Shown: positions 13,633 through 35,015 of the stretch, piece after piece
Layout: the number at the start of each line of letters is the position of its first letter
Position numbering within the stretch: the stretch's first letter is position 1
Assembly: GCF_009914755.1 (NCBI RefSeq)
Contig: NC_060927.1
Strand: one strand, 5' to 3'
Origin: the human T2T-CHM13v2.0 reference genome, Homo sapiens
Length of the DNA stretch: 64,000 nt
The notes under the pieces: model-generated
The model's database searches: none
Seen by the model: the letters and a program-made list of their open reading frames with translations, nothing else
Told to the model about the DNA's origin: nothing
Translations under genes and position numbers: made by a program

Positions 13633-14736
13633 TTTTACACAGAACTAATTTAATTATTCTAGTTAGTTTACATCAGGTAACAAATCAGTACTAAGACAAT
13701 TTGCAAAGGTGTAGAACTGGCTTAAACATCAAATTTATGGTGTTCTTTCCTAGCTTAAAAACCTTCACAGCTCCCAGTTGTTCAGCACATGGTGTCCAAA
13801 TTCTGTTGTCTCTCATCACCCAGCATATTCAGGCCCCACCCTATATTTATTTAACCCTATTTCTCACTACTCCTTGAAAACGAATATGGACTACAAGCAG
13901 CTGCTGGCTTAACAGTCAGCATATTATACCTTCATTTCCTCCTCCTGGCCTTTATTGTTATAATTTCCCACCAGAAGCAGCATGTTCAGTATTTCCTTCT
14001 ACGTCTTTCCAAGACCTCTCTTTGACCCCAGGTACTTTAGCTTCAGGTGGTTACTTCTCTTTCCAGCACTGACCTGGAGGGCCAGGGCCTGGGCATCTTT
14101 TCTGCTGTCCCCACATCTCCTAGCACAGGCTAAGCATGCTGGTTGTTTGGTTAGTTAGTTGTTGGTTATTTAGTTGTTGGAACAGAAATGTTGCCAAGAA
14201 AACATCCCTCCACTAAGCTGAAACGAGAAGATGGGAGGCTGAATGAGAAGAGGAAAGCCCAGCATTTTTCGACTTGACATTTTCTTCAATGACGCCCGTC
14301 TTATAAGTATTTTCTTGAAAACTCCTGTTTTAAATAGATCTGGAGGTGAGTGTGCACTTCTGACGCTTATAAACTTACATAGAAAACACACACACACCAA
14401 AAAAACCTCAGTGGTGAAATCACAAGGATGTCATAGCCAGAAAGACCTGTGTGTGAGTTTTGGCTCTGTTACTCACTAGCTCAGGACTCAATCATGTAAC
14501 GTCAGTTTCCCTTCCTGTGAAATGGTCATAATAGCCACTTTGAGGTTATGAGGGGTTAAATAAGATGACACAAACAAAAGCGCTTTGAAGACTTCAACAT
14601 TTCGCCACCCTCAAATGTTAGTTATTATTATCTGTTGGTTATACAGATGGTGGTATCAGTAGATAATTGCTTTAGCTGAGGTTGTCTTTATGCAGTTTTG
14701 ACCATTTCCTCTGGATTGTGTAGGTGCCTGTGATGA

Positions 14737-15109
<373 letters not shown>

Positions 15110-16269
15110 ATGGCTGTCTTTCATAGAAATCATTTGCCTTGTCCTGTCCCTCCCAAATAATAGTGTGTGATTCAGAAAGCTGATTATGCTACCAATAGTA
15201 ATAATCACAATGACAATCACAACTGCTATTTCTGAGTACACATTGTGCCTTCAGTTAGCAAAAATGTTATCTTGACTTCTCACATGAATCCTGCAAGTTA
15301 GGTGTTATCCCCATTCCACACATTAGGGATAGAGACTAGGAGAGGTTCAGTTATTTGTCCAAGTACCTATATCTAGTAAGTGCAGGAATTGGGATTTGAT
15401 GATGGTTTGGTCTGCTCCAGAGCCTGTGCCCTTTATATATCTCTGCAGAAAAAGCTGAGACATTAAAACAAGGTAGAAGAAGGGAGGAGGGACAAAGGAA
15501 AGGAAATAAAGAAGATGGTGCTACCTTTTCTAATGCATTAGCCTTAAAGGCTGATAGAGGTAAAGGTGGCAGAAGAGGATCCAAATAAAGGGAGTGGACA
15601 TCAGGCCCACTGAGCGTCCTTCAGAGAAGAGATGCAAAGATTTTTGCCTGGAAAGGTTGCCCCAGGGCTTTTTGGTGGGTAGCCTTCATGCTACTTCCCT
15701 TGGACTGACTCACTCAAGGTTTTACGAAATAGGTGTTCAGCAGCAGAAAGGGTCTAATTTAAAGACGAATGAGGGATTAAGAAAAGAGTTAGACCTAGGC
15801 TAATTTCCCCAAGGAAGCCAAAGCTTAATTTACTTGTTCAACTTTCATTCTTTTAACACCATTTATGTACCAGGTTCTGGGATGTGTGCTAGTTAGAGAG
15901 ATTTTAAAAACTTGTCTTCAGGGAGCCTAAGAGCCTGCTGGGAAGTACACTAAAGTCTTTGGCATGTGGGAATTTAACAAAATTTTAACTATTCTTTAGC
16001 CACCAGAAGTAAAGTCTAGATTTGTGGTTCCCAACCTCAAATGCACATTGGAATCACCTGGGGAACTTTTTAAAAGCTAAATTCCGTGACTTCACAGCTA
16101 GAGATTCTGAGTTAATCTAGGGTGCTGTCTGGATGTTGGGACTTTTTCAAAACAATGTGGGTGGGGCTCCTTAGAGAAGTGATTGATTCCAGGGCTGGGC
16201 AGGGAAAAAACAAGATGAGACAAGAGCATTTTGTGGTAAGTAATGAAGTGATTAAAAAAGGATGAGGGC

Positions 16270-17745
<1,476 letters not shown>

Positions 17746-18574
17746 ATCTGTTCATCATATCACTGGGCTAACATCAAGGTATGGGCAGGACTACATTCCT
17801 TCTGGAGGTTTTAGAGAATCTGTTTCCCCCTTCCATGGTATGAATGTACTACAGTTTATCTAACCATTCACCTGTTGAAGGACATCTGGGCCGATTCCAG
17901 CTTGACTGTGAATATTTGTGTGCAGGTCTTATGTGATGTAAAGTTTTCATTTCTCTGAGATAAATGCTGAAGAGTGTAATTGCTAGATCATATAGTAACT
18001 ACATGTTTAGTTTTACAAGAAACTGCCAAACTATTTTGAAAAAGAGTATCATTTTACATTCCTACCAACAATGTATAAGTGATCCACTTGTTCTGTATCC
18101 TTGCCAGCATTTAGTTTTGTAACTTTGAAAACTTTTAGCCATTCTGATAACTGTGTAATGCTATCTCATTGTGATTTTAATTTGGATTTCCCTAATAGCT
18201 AATAGTGTGCTTATTTGCCATCTATATATCCTCTTTGGTGAAATGTCTATTCATGTCCTTTGCCTATTTTTAGATTGGATTGTTTGATTTTTCTACTGCT
18301 GAGTTTTGAGAGTTTTTTATGTGTTCTAGATACTAGTTCTTTTTTTTTTTTTTTTAAATTTTTTTTTTTATTATACTCTAAGTTTTAGGGTACATGTGCA
18401 CATTGTGCAGGTTAGTTACATATGTATACATGTGCCATGCTGGTGCGCTGCACCCACTAACGTGTCATCTAGCATTAGGTATATCTCCCAATGCTATCCC
18501 TCCCCCCTCCCCCGACCCCACCACAGTCCCCAGAGTGTGATATTCCCCTTCCTGTGTCCATGTGATCTCATTGT

Positions 18575-22401
<3,827 letters not shown>

Positions 22402-22464
22402 TATGATGTTAGCTGGTGATTTTGCTCATTAGTTGATGCAGTTTCTTCCTAGTCTCGATGGTCT

Positions 22465-23481
22465 TTACATTTTGGCATGATTTTGCAGCGGCTGGTACCG
22501 GTTGTTCCTTTCCATGTTTAGCGCTTCCTTCAGGAGCTCTTTTAGGGCAGGCCTGGTGGTGACAAAATCTCTCAGCATTTGCTTGTCTATAAAGTATTTT
22601 ATTTCTCCTTCACTTATGAAGCTTAGTTTGGCTGGATATGAAATTCTGGGTTGAAAATTCTTTTCTTTAAGAATGTTGAATATTGGCCCCCACTCTCTTC
22701 TGGCTTGTAGGGTTTCTGCCGAGAGATCCGCTGTTAGTCTGATGGGCTTTCCTTTGAGGGTAACCCGACCTTTCTCTCTGGCTGCCCTTAACATTTTTTC
22801 CTTCATTTCAACTTTGGTGAATCTGACAATTATGTGTCTTGGAGTTGCTCTTCTCGAGGAGTATCTTTGTGGCGTTCTCTGTATTTCCTGAATCTGAACG
22901 TTGGCCTGCCTTGCTAGATTGGGGAAGTTCTCCTGGATAATATCCTGCAGAGTGTTTTCCAACTTGGTTCCATTCTCCACATCACTTTCAGGTACACCAA
23001 TCAGACGTAGATTTGGTCTTTTCACATAGTCCCATATTTCTTGGAGGCTTTGCTCATTTCTTTTTATTCTTTTTTCTCTAAACTTCCCTTCTCGCTTCAT
23101 TTCATTCATTTCATCTTCCATTGCTGATACCCTTTCTTCCAGTTGATCGCATCGGCTCCTGAGGCTTCTGCATTCTTCACGTAGTTCTCGAGCCTTGGTT
23201 TTCAGCTCCATCAGCTCCTTTAAGCACTTCTCTGTATTGGTTATTCTAGTTATACATTCTTCTAAATTTTTTTCAAAGTTTTCAACTTCTTTGCCTTTGG
23301 TTTGAATGTCCTCCCGTAGCTCAGAGTAATTTGATCGTCTGAAGCCTTCTTCTCTCAGCTCGTCAAAATCATTCTCCATCCAGCTTTGTTCTGTTGCTGG
23401 TGAGGAACTGCGTTCCTTTGGAGGAGGAGAGGCGCTCTGTGTTTTAGAGTTTCCAGTTTTTCTGTTCTGTTTTTTCCCCAT
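22465..23481 (-). CDS. L1 ORF1p, intact (338 aa)
   Basis: MGKKQNRKTGNSKTQSASPP...REKG...ARR...YPAKLS...NHAKM. Full length. Confidence 0.95.
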   Translation of the reverse strand: MGKKQNRKTGNSKTQSASPPPKERSSSPATEQSWMENDFDELREEGFRRSNYSELREDIQTKGKEVENFEKNLEECITRITNTEKCLKELMELKTKARELREECRSLRSRCDQLEERVSAMEDEMNEMKREGKFREKRIKRNEQSLQEIWDYVKRPNLRLIGVPESDVENGTKLENTLQDIIQENFPNLARQANVQIQEIQRTPQRYSSRRATPRHIIVRFTKVEMKEKMLRAAREKGRVTLKGKPIRLTADLSAETLQARREWGPIFNILKEKNFQPRISYPAKLSFISEGEIKYFIDKQMLRDFVTTRPALKELLKEALNMERNNRYQPLQNHAKM

Positions 23482-23936
23482 CTTTGTGGTTTTATCTACT
23501 TTTGGTCTTTGATGATGGTGATGTACAGATGGGTTTTCGGTGTAGATGTCCTTTCTGGTTGTTAGTTTTCCTTCTAACAGGCAGGACCCTCAGCTGCAGG
23601 TCTGTTGGAATACCCTGCTGTGTGAGGTGTCAGTGTGCCCCTGCTGGGGGGTGCCTCCCAGTTAGGCTGCTCGGGGGTCAGGGGTCAGGGACCCACTTGA
23701 GGAGGCAGTCTGCCCGTTCTCAGATCTCCAGCTGCGTGCTGGGAGAACCACTGCTCTCTTCAAAGCTGTCAGACAGGGACACTTAAGTCTGCAGAGGTTA
23801 CTGCTGTCTTTTTGTTTGTCTGTGCCCTGCCCCCAGAGGTGGAGCCTACAGAGGCAGGCAGGCCTCCTTGAGCTGTGGTGGGCTCCACCCAGTTCGAGCT
23901 TCCTGGCTGCTTTGTTTACCTAAGCAAGCCTGGGCA

Positions 23937-24152
23937 ATGGCGGGCGCCCCTTCCCCAGCCTCGTTGCCGCCTTGCAGTTTGATCTCAGACTGCTGTGCTA
24001 GCAATCAGCGCGATTCCGTGGGCGTAGGACCCTCTGAGCCAGGTGTGGGATATAGTCTCGTGGTGCGCCGTTTCTTAAGCCGGTCTGAAAAGCGCAATAT
24101 TCGGGTGGGAGTGACCCGATTTTCCAGGTGCGTCCGTCACCCCTTTCTTTGA
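23937..24152 (+). CDS. L1 ORF0 (71 aa, antisense ORF in the L1 5'UTR)
   Basis: GCAATGG Kozak context. MAGAPSPASLPPCSLISDCCASNQRDSVGVGPSEPGVGYSLVVRRFLSRSEKRNIRVGVTRFSRCVRHPFL*. Donors CAG|GTGTGG (after 24042) and CAG|GTGCGT (after 24127). Confidence 0.85.
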   Translation: MAGAPSPASLPPCSLISDCCASNQRDSVGVGPSEPGVGYSLVVRRFLSRSEKRNIRVGVTRFSRCVRHPFL

Positions 24153-24740
24153 CTCGGAAAGGGAACTCCCTGACCCCTTGCGCTTCCCAGGTGAGGCAAT
24201 GCCTCGCCCTGCTTCGGCTCGCGCACGGTGCGCACACACACTGGCCTGCGCACACTGTCTGGCACTCCCTAGTGAGATGAACCCGGTACCTCAGATGGAA
24301 ATGCAGAAATCACCCGTCTTCTGCGTCGCTCACGCTGGGAGCTGTAGACCGGAGCTGTTCACCAGAGCTGTTCCTATTCGGCCATCTTGGCTCCTCCTCC
24401 CTCTCTAGATACTAGTTCTTTGTGAGATAGTGGTTTGCTATTTTTTTTTCCACTTTGCAACTTGTCATCTCATCCTCTTAACATGGGCTTTTGCATAGCA
24501 AAAGTTTTTAATTTTGATAAAATTAAAATCATGGTTTTTCTTTTATGGATTTTGCTTTTGGTGTCACATCTAAGAACTTTTTGCCCAGCCCTGAAGATTT
24601 TCTCCTGTTTTTTCCTAAAAGTTTTAGAGTTTTATATTTTACATTTTTTTGCACAAGGTGTGAGGTTTAGATTGAGGTTTTGTTTGTTTGTTTGTTTGCC
24701 TGCAGATATCCAATTGTTCCAGTATTATTTGTTTAAAGCG

Positions 24741-25058
24741 TTTTTTTTGTTTTTTGTTTTTTTGTTTTTTTTTTAGACAGGGTCACACTCTGTCACCCCA
24801 GGCTAGAGTGCAATGCCTCAATCACAGCTCACTGCGGTCTCAACCTCCTGGATTCAGGTGACCTTCCACCTTAGCCTCTGAAGTAGCTGGGACTGTATTA
24901 GCTGAGACCACCACCCCTGGCTAATTTTTGTATTTTTTTATAGAGATAGCGTTTTGCCATATTGCCCAGGCTGGTCTCGAACTCCTGAGCTCAAGTGATT
25001 CACCTGCCTCAGCCTCCCAAAGTTCTGGGATTACAGGTGTGAGTTGCCATGCCAGGCC
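24741..25058 (-). mobile_element. Alu (AluJ-like)
   Basis: Diverged antisense dimer with T-rich tail. Confidence 0.85.
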
Positions 25059-25228
25059 TAAAAGCCTATTGGATTTTAGGATTACTTTTGTCTGGAATTG
25101 TCAAAAAGCAGTTGAGCACATTTGTGTGGATTTATTTCTGGAATCTCTATTCTGTTTCATTGATCTTGGGTCTATTCCTTTGCCAATACAATATAGTTTT
25201 AATTACCATAAGTCCTGGAATTGGGTAG

Positions 25229-25594
<366 letters not shown>

Positions 25595-25655
25595 CTTATT
25601 TTCTATTTTCTTTATTTCACGTGGGGTAAATGTGAAATATTGTTACTGTATATAA

Positions 25656-26216
<561 letters not shown>

Positions 26217-27843
26217 TAAGTGAGAACATATGATATTTGTTTTTTTGTTTCTGGCTTATTTCACTTAAGATACAGTTCAATTCACATTGCTGCCAATGAC
26301 ATGATTCCTTTCTTTTTATGACTGAATAAATAGTATTCCATTGTGTATATGTACCACATTTTCTTTATCCATTCATCCACTGATGGACACTTAGGTTGAT
26401 TTCATATCTTTGCTATTGTGAGTAATGGTGCAATAAACATGAAAAGGGAGGTTTCCCTTTGACATATTGATTTATTTTCCTTTGGGTAGATACCCAGTAG
26501 TGGGGTGGCTGGATGGAATGGTAATTCTGTTTTTAGTTTTTTGAGAAATCTCCATACTGTTTTCCATAGTGGCTGTACTAGTTTACATTCCCACCAACAG
26601 TGTGTAAGAGTTCCCTTTTCTCTGCACCCTCATCAACGTTTGTTATTTTTTGTCTTTTTAGTAATAGCCATTCTGACCTGGGGTAAGATGACATCTCATT
26701 GAGGTTTCAATTTGCATTTCTCTGATGGTTAGTGATATTGAACATTTTTTCATATATCTGTTGGCCATTTGTATATCTTCTTTTGAGAAATGTCTACTTA
26801 TGTCCTTAGCCCACTTTTGGGGATTTGTTTTTTAGTGTTGTTATTTGAGTTTTTTGTATATTCTGGATATTACTCTGTTGTTGGATGAATAGTTTGCAAA
26901 TATTTTCTCCCATTCAACGGATTGTCTCTTCACTCAGCTGATTGTTTCCTTTGCTGTGCAGAAGCTTTTTAGTTTAATACAGTCCCATTTGTCTCTGATT
27001 TTTGCAATAGTCTCAGGAGGATTGATATTAATTCTTCTTTGTATGTTTGGTAGAATTCAGCTGTGAATCCATCTAATCCTGGGCTTTTCTTTGTTGGGAG
27101 ACTTATTATTGATTCAATCTTGCTACTCATTATCCATCGTTAAGGTTTTCTTTTTCTTCCTGATTCAATCTTGGTAGGTTGTTTGTGTCCAGGAATGATC
27201 CATTTCTTCTAGGTTTTCCAGTTTGTCAGCTTATAGTTGTTCATAACAGTCTCTGATGATTTTATGTGGTATCAGTTGTGACATCTTCTTTTTAATTTCT
27301 GATATTCTTTATTTGGGTTTCCTCTCTTCTTGGTTAGTCTAGCTAGTGGTTTTAAGATTAACTTTGTTAATCTTTTTGAAGAAAAAAATTTTTTTTTCAT
27401 TTTCTTGATGTATTTTTTTTAGTCTCTATTCCATTAAATTCTGCTCTGATCTTTATTATTTCCTTTTTTCTCCTAATTTTGGGTTTGCTTTGTTCTTGCT
27501 TTTCCAGTTCCTTGAGATGCATTGTTAGATTGTTAATTTTTAATCTTTCTACTTTTTCAATGTAAGCATTTATTGATATAAATGTCCCTCTTATTACTGC
27601 TTTTGATATATCCCACAGATTTTGCTATGTTGTGTTCGATTTTTATTTGTTTCAAGAAATTTGAAAATTTCCATGTTAGTTTCTTTGTTGACCCAATGGT
27701 CATTCAAGATCATGTTGTTTAATTTCCATGTACTTAAACTGGACTTTACACCAGTTTAAGTTTTTCTTGGTGTTGGTTTCTAGTTTTATTCCATTGTGCT
27801 CTGAGAAGATACTTGATAGGATTTTGATTTTTAAAAATCTGTT

Positions 27844-28098
27844 GGCTGGGCGCAGTGTCTCACGCCTGTAATCCCAGCACTTTGGGAGGCCAAGATGGGT
27901 GGATCACAAGGCCAGGAGATAGAGACCATCCTGGCTAACAGGGTGAAACCCTGTCTCTACTAAAAATACAAAAAAAAAAAAAAAATTATCCGGGCATGGT
28001 GGCGCATGCCTGTAATCCCAGCTACTCAGGAGGCCGAGGCAGGAGAATTGCTTGTACCCAGGAGGCGGAGGTTGCAGTGAATCTCAAAAAAAAAAAAT
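27844..28098 (+). mobile_element. AluS with ~50-bp deletion in the right arm
   Basis: GGCTGGGCGC...gttgcagtga|atctc, then A tail. Confidence 0.88.
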
Positions 28099-29872
28099 TG
28101 TTGACACTCGTTTTGTGACCTAACATATGGTTTATTCTGGAGAATATTCCATGGGCTGATGAAAAGAATATATATTCTGCAGTTGTTGGATATAATGTTC
28201 TGTAAATATCTGTTAGGTCCATTTGGTCTAAAGTCCAGTTTAAGTACAATGTTTCTTTGTTGATTTTCTGTCCAGATGATCTGTCTAATGCTGAGAGTGG
28301 GGTGTTAAAGTCCCCCGTCCCCAGTCATTATATTGTAGTCTTTCTCTTTAGATCTAGTAGTATTTGCTTTAAGACTCTGGGTGCTCCAGTATGGGGTGCA
28401 TATATATTTAGAATTGTTATATCTTCTTGCTGCATTGATCCATTTATCACTATATAGTAACCTTCTTTGTCTTTTTTTAATTGCTTTTGACTTGAAGTCT
28501 ATCTTATTTGATATAAGTATAGCTACTGCTCCTTGCTTTTGGTTTTCATTTGTGTGGAGAATATTTTTCCATCCCTTTTAGTCCATATATGTCTTTACTG
28601 GTAAGGTGAATTTCGTGTAAGCAGCATATAGTCGGAACTTTTTTTTTATTTATTCAGCCATTTTATATCTTTTAAATGGAGAATTTAATCCACTTATATT
28701 CAAGGTTATTAATATGTGAGGTTTTTTCCTGTCATATTGTTAATTTTTTTTCTGTTTGTTTTACATATTATTTAGTGTTTTCTTTTTCTCCTATTGTTCA
28801 TTGTGTTTTAGTGGATTTCTGTAGTGGTACCATTTGAGTCCTTTCTCTTCCTCCTTTGTGTGACTGCTTTACCTATGAGTTTTATACTTTCATGTGATTT
28901 CATAATGGTAAATGTTATTATTTCAATTTCAGGTTTAGGACTCCCTTGAACATTTCTTGTATGTCTGGTCTAGTGATAACAAATTCCCTCAATATTCGTT
29001 TGTCTGTTAAAGACTATTTCACTTTGATTTATGAAGGATGATTTTGCCAGATGTAATAGTCTTGGCTAGCAGGTTTTTCTTTTTTTCCTTTCAGCACTTT
29101 AAATATATCATTCCATTCTCTTCTGGCCTATGCGATTTCTGCTGAGAAATCCACTGATGGGGTTTCCATCAGACTAGATGCTTTTTTTCTAGCTGTTTTT
29201 AGGGTTTGCTCTTTATCTTTGACTTCAGACAGTCTAACTATAATGACCATTTTACATTGTGTCTCTCTGGACATCATGAGCCTCCTATAACTAGATGTCT
29301 AAATATCTTGCTAGACATAGGATGTTTTAACATATTATTTGGTTAAATAGGCTTTTTAGTCCTTCTGTTCTTTCTTTCCCCTTAGGGATACTGATAATAC
29401 ATAAATTCAATTGCTTTGTGTTATCTCAAATGTCACGAAGCTTTTGCTCATTCTTTTTAAAAACTTTTGACTGGATTATTTCAAAAGACCTGTCTTCAAG
29501 TTCTGAGATTCTTTCTCCTGCTTGATCTAGTCTATTGTTGAAGCTTTCAAATGTATTTTGTATTTCTTTCAATGAGTGTTCAGTTTCAGAATTTCTATTG
29601 GTTCTTTTAAAAAATATCTATCTCTTTGGAAATTTCTCATTTATATTCTGAATTGTTTTTCTGATTTCTTTTTATTGTTTTTCCAAATTCTCTTGTATCC
29701 CACTGAGCTTCTTTAATATCAGTGTGTTTAATAATTCCTTCTCTGGGATTTCAAAAATTTCTTTTTGATTAAGGTCTATTGCTGGAGAATTGTGTTCCTT
29801 TGGAGATGTCATATGTCCTTGCCTTTTCATGTTTCTTGTGTTCTTATGTTGATATCTGCACATCTGGTATAA

Positions 29873-30280
<408 letters not shown>

Positions 30281-32170
30281 CATTTTTGCTTTTATTCTGG
30301 GTACTTTGGCTGCAGCGTTAGTAGTATATGTGATTTCATCAGTGGGTTAGGGTACAGTTATTGGAGTCTGTGGTGAAGTTGTGCTGTGGGATGCCAGATG
30401 GGCTGGTCTACAGGCCCCAATTGTGGCAGTGGTGGTCTGAGTATGCCTGTCCGTGTTTCCCAGGGTTATGTATGCGGGCACTGGTGTTGGTGGTTACCAG
30501 AATGCTGATCATTGGGCCTCCACATGGCTTGCTTGGATGCTGGCAGTGGTAGTGGTGGACTGGGCAAGGAGGTGGGTTCTTGGGGCCCTGGACAGCTAGC
30601 ATGGCACAAGTGATGGCAGTAGCAGTGGCAGGATAATTATCTGGGTTCCGAGAGTTGTCCTTTTATGATGGCAGTGGGTGTGACAGGCTGTGTAGGACAG
30701 TCTCCAGGACTGCAGGTGGTACTTGCAAGTAGGTGCCAGTTGAGGTGATGGCAGCTGAGAGTTTAGGCCCAACCTCAGGACCCCAGAAGGAGTACTCAGG
30801 TGCCCAAGGTGCCCTTGTCACCCTCCAAGGCCCTGGCCTATGTGCTGTGTCTCAGAGAAGGGAGTGAAGCTGGGTTGGGTGGGCTTGTGCTCAGGCCCTT
30901 CAATGGTGGGAGCAGGCAGCAGTCATGGTGGGTAGGGGTCAGGGCAATCCTCAGGTCTCAGGTGGAATGCATGGGTGAGGAGTGGTAGTAGCCATGCTGA
31001 GGTCCTCCCACTGGAGAAGGTGGGGCTGACCTCTGTGGCTACAGCCTGGGCCAGTAGGTGGGGAATATGCACCTGTCTCATGCTTCACAGCCCTGGCGGG
31101 GCTTACCCCCCAGCCCTGGCAGCAGCCAGCCACACCTAGCTTGAGCCCTTACCTTGCTGCAGGAGTCCCCACCAGCTTGTGACTAAGTCCCAGTGGCAAC
31201 TTGTGCCTGTTTTCCTCCCAGTCTCAGCCCCGGCAGCACTCACTTCCCAGCATTGTCAGCTGCAGCCCATGCCTCATTTGATTCTCAGTCTCAGCTGTGG
31301 GAGCTCATTCCCAGTTTGTGCCCCAGTCTCAGCAGCAATAGCCTGAGTTTCCCTAATGCTTCAGTCTTGGTGCTGCTGGCCACCAGGATAGCATGTGCAT
31401 CTGCCAAAGACTAGGATTTAAAATGGTGCCTTGCTGTAACTGTTTGGGTCTCAGAAAAAGTGTGGGACACAGCATGAGTTCCCTTCCTGGGACAATTTTG
31501 TCCCCCAGTCTACTGGCAGCTCCCTATGTATGTTTTCAGGGCTTAGGAGGGTTGAGGAATTCTCTCACGGTCAGGACTACATGATTCCATGGTGGGAATG
31601 AGGGCCACCAGAAGTCTCTCACTTACTCTGCCCACATTGAGAAGTCACTCTTGGCTGCCAGCTGATCCTAGCCAAGCAGGCTGCCTCTCCTCCTCCTTCC
31701 TTGCTTTTGGTGTTTCCTGTAACTTTTCTGTTGAGTTCCAGTGTTTTCTTTTGGATAATGTATTCAAAGTGTGACTGTATATACATGATTTCGGTTCTTC
31801 TAAGTGGAGGAGGTAAGCATGAAATGCTTCTGGTCAGCCATCTTGAAGCCCCTCCCCCTCCTTTTATGTATTATAGTTCCTTTGACTTTTCTTATAAAAT
31901 TTAGGAAAAACTTATCTATATTAACAAAAAGCTTGCTGAACTATTGATAGGAATTGCATTAAACCTATATACAATTTGGGGGAGAATTGGCATCTTAACT
32001 GTTGAATCTTCTAATGCATGAACACAGTATGTCTCTCCATTTATTTAAATCTTCTTTGATTTCATTTAGCATTGTGGAGTTTTCCCTGAGTATATTTTGT
32101 CAGATTTACACCTATTTTTTTAGTGATTATAATTTTAATTTCTGTGTATGTGTTTGTTGCTGGTATATAG

Positions 32171-32470
<300 letters not shown>

Positions 32471-32729
32471 GGTTTTAGATTTTTTTTTAAGATTCTGTGG
32501 GACTTTTCTACATGTGGGAGAGCATATCATGTCATTTGCATATAGGGCAAGTTTTACTACTTCTTTTATAATCTATATTTCTTTTACTTATTTTGCTTGC
32601 CTTATTACAGTGGCTAGAACTTTCAGTAGTATGTTGAATAAGAGTGGTAAGAGTGGACATTCTTGCCTATTCCTGATCTTGGAGAGGAAGCATTCAGTCC
32701 TTCACCATTAAGTAAGATGTTAGCTGTAG

Positions 32730-33108
<379 letters not shown>

Positions 33109-34933
33109 TGTTTTGTCTTGTTTTTCATAATGAATGGATGTGGGTTTTGTAAATCCTTTTTCTGTGTCAATTGATATGATTTATGATTTTATTCTTTAGT
33201 TTATCGACATGGTAAATTACATTAACTGATTTTCAAATGTTGAACCAGCCCTGCATACCTAGAACAAATCCCACTTGGTTATGGTATATAGTTCTTTTTG
33301 TACATTATTGAATTTGGATTGCTATATTTTGTTGAAGATTTTTGTCTAAGTTCATGAGATATATTTTTATGTAGTTTATGTATATATTTTCCTCATCTGA
33401 TTTTGGTATCATGGTAATACTGGCCTCATAAAGTAAGCTGGAAACTGTTCTTTCCTATTCTATGTTTTAGAGGAAATTGCATTTTGTTGATGTTGTCATC
33501 TTTAAATGTTTGGTAGAATTTTCCATTAAAACCATCTGTGCCTGGAGATTTCATTTTTGAGAGCTTTAAAGTTATATAATTAAATTATATTAATTAATAA
33601 ATTGATTTGTTGACATAATTTAATTATGTAATTAAATTAGTTATATAAAATGTAGCTTTGTATTTATATAGGTTTATATTCCCCAAATAGCTGGCTAGAG
33701 AATTTTTTTAAAACTTTACCAGAGGAAGGTGTCAGAGGGGACCATTCCTTGTCCTCCTGTACCACTCTACCCCTTTTCCTTTCCATCCCTTGGGTGATTT
33801 CAAGCTTAGGGGTGGGTGGGGGTCAGGAAGACTGCCTTGTGGGTGCTCCAGGTGTTTCCCCACAGAACAGACCATGGATGCTGAGGGTGAGATGGAGGTG
33901 CATCACTAGGGCCCTACATTAGAGAAAGGGCAGGGAAACCAGGTGGGGTGTCCCCAGCAGCCTTCCATCCCTTTGTGGTCACAGGGCTTGATAACAAACA
34001 GCAGGTGCCAATCTGGAGATAGGCACAGAGATGAAAAGTCCCAAATGAGGACTCCAGCCCCACCCCCACTATGCTGTAGATGCTATCACTGCACTGTAAC
34101 AGCAAAGGGAGGCAGGTGTTGGGCATTTAAAGAGGAACATAGCAGAGAGTTCAGACTGTACCTTTGGGTGACATGTGAGGATGAAGTTTTTGGCTTTGTG
34201 ACTGCCCAAAGTCCTTATGAGCAGGTTCAGCTTCATAGGCCTCTTTCATTCTCTACAAATCATAGTCCCACTGTGTGCATACTCTGGGCACACTGTCTGG
34301 GTACACTCTGGGCATACTTGTGTCCCAGACTGGCTCAGGGGCCTGCAGTCTTTCCGGGGTGGACTCACAGAGCTGGCTTGGTGTCCCACTTGAATGGACT
34401 CTCTCCACAGCAGATCTGAGCCTGTACTTCCCACCTGGCAACTGATGACCCATTTGGCCTTGTTGAGGGACATGAAACGATTGCTTTGGCATCTGAGGAT
34501 GGCAGTAGCAGGAGAGGGAGGTGATGAGAATGTTGCAGTAGTCTGCATTGGTTTTCCATGAATGATTAAGAGGCTCACGTTTATGCAACTTGCTTAAAGC
34601 CACATAGTAAGTGGCAGAGTCACTGGATCCTAGCCAGTCTAACAGAAGAGTCATAAATAATGTGACTCAGTTTTCTCATTTGTACAATGGAAAAACTAAT
34701 GGTCTTTACCTCCCAGTATGGTCATGAGAATTCAATAAGACAGTCATGTAACAATCCAGCACATGGTCTAGATAGAACATGGTAAGTATTAGATAAATAT
34801 TAGTCATTATTATTATTAATATTGATATGTCATTTATCAACAAAGTCAGAATTATAATGGTGGTACCCAAAATTTAGCGTTAACATAAGCATGATAAAAT
34901 TAGAGTTGTTTCTGGTTTATAAACATGTGAGGC

Positions 34934-35015
34934 TTTTTTTTTTTGAGACAGAGTCTCATTCTGTTGTCTAGGCTGGAGTGCAGTGGTGCAATCTCAGCTT
35001 ACTGCAACCTCCGCC
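34934..35015 (-). mobile_element. 5'-truncated Alu (~80 bp)
   Basis: Poly-T plus Alu 3' end, flanked by gtgaggc repeats, about 90 nt upstream of exon 2. Confidence 0.85.

Noticed and set aside
33914-34654. Overlapping 110-158 aa ORFs in intron 1
   Set aside because: No recognisable domain or splice structure; partly MIR sequence.
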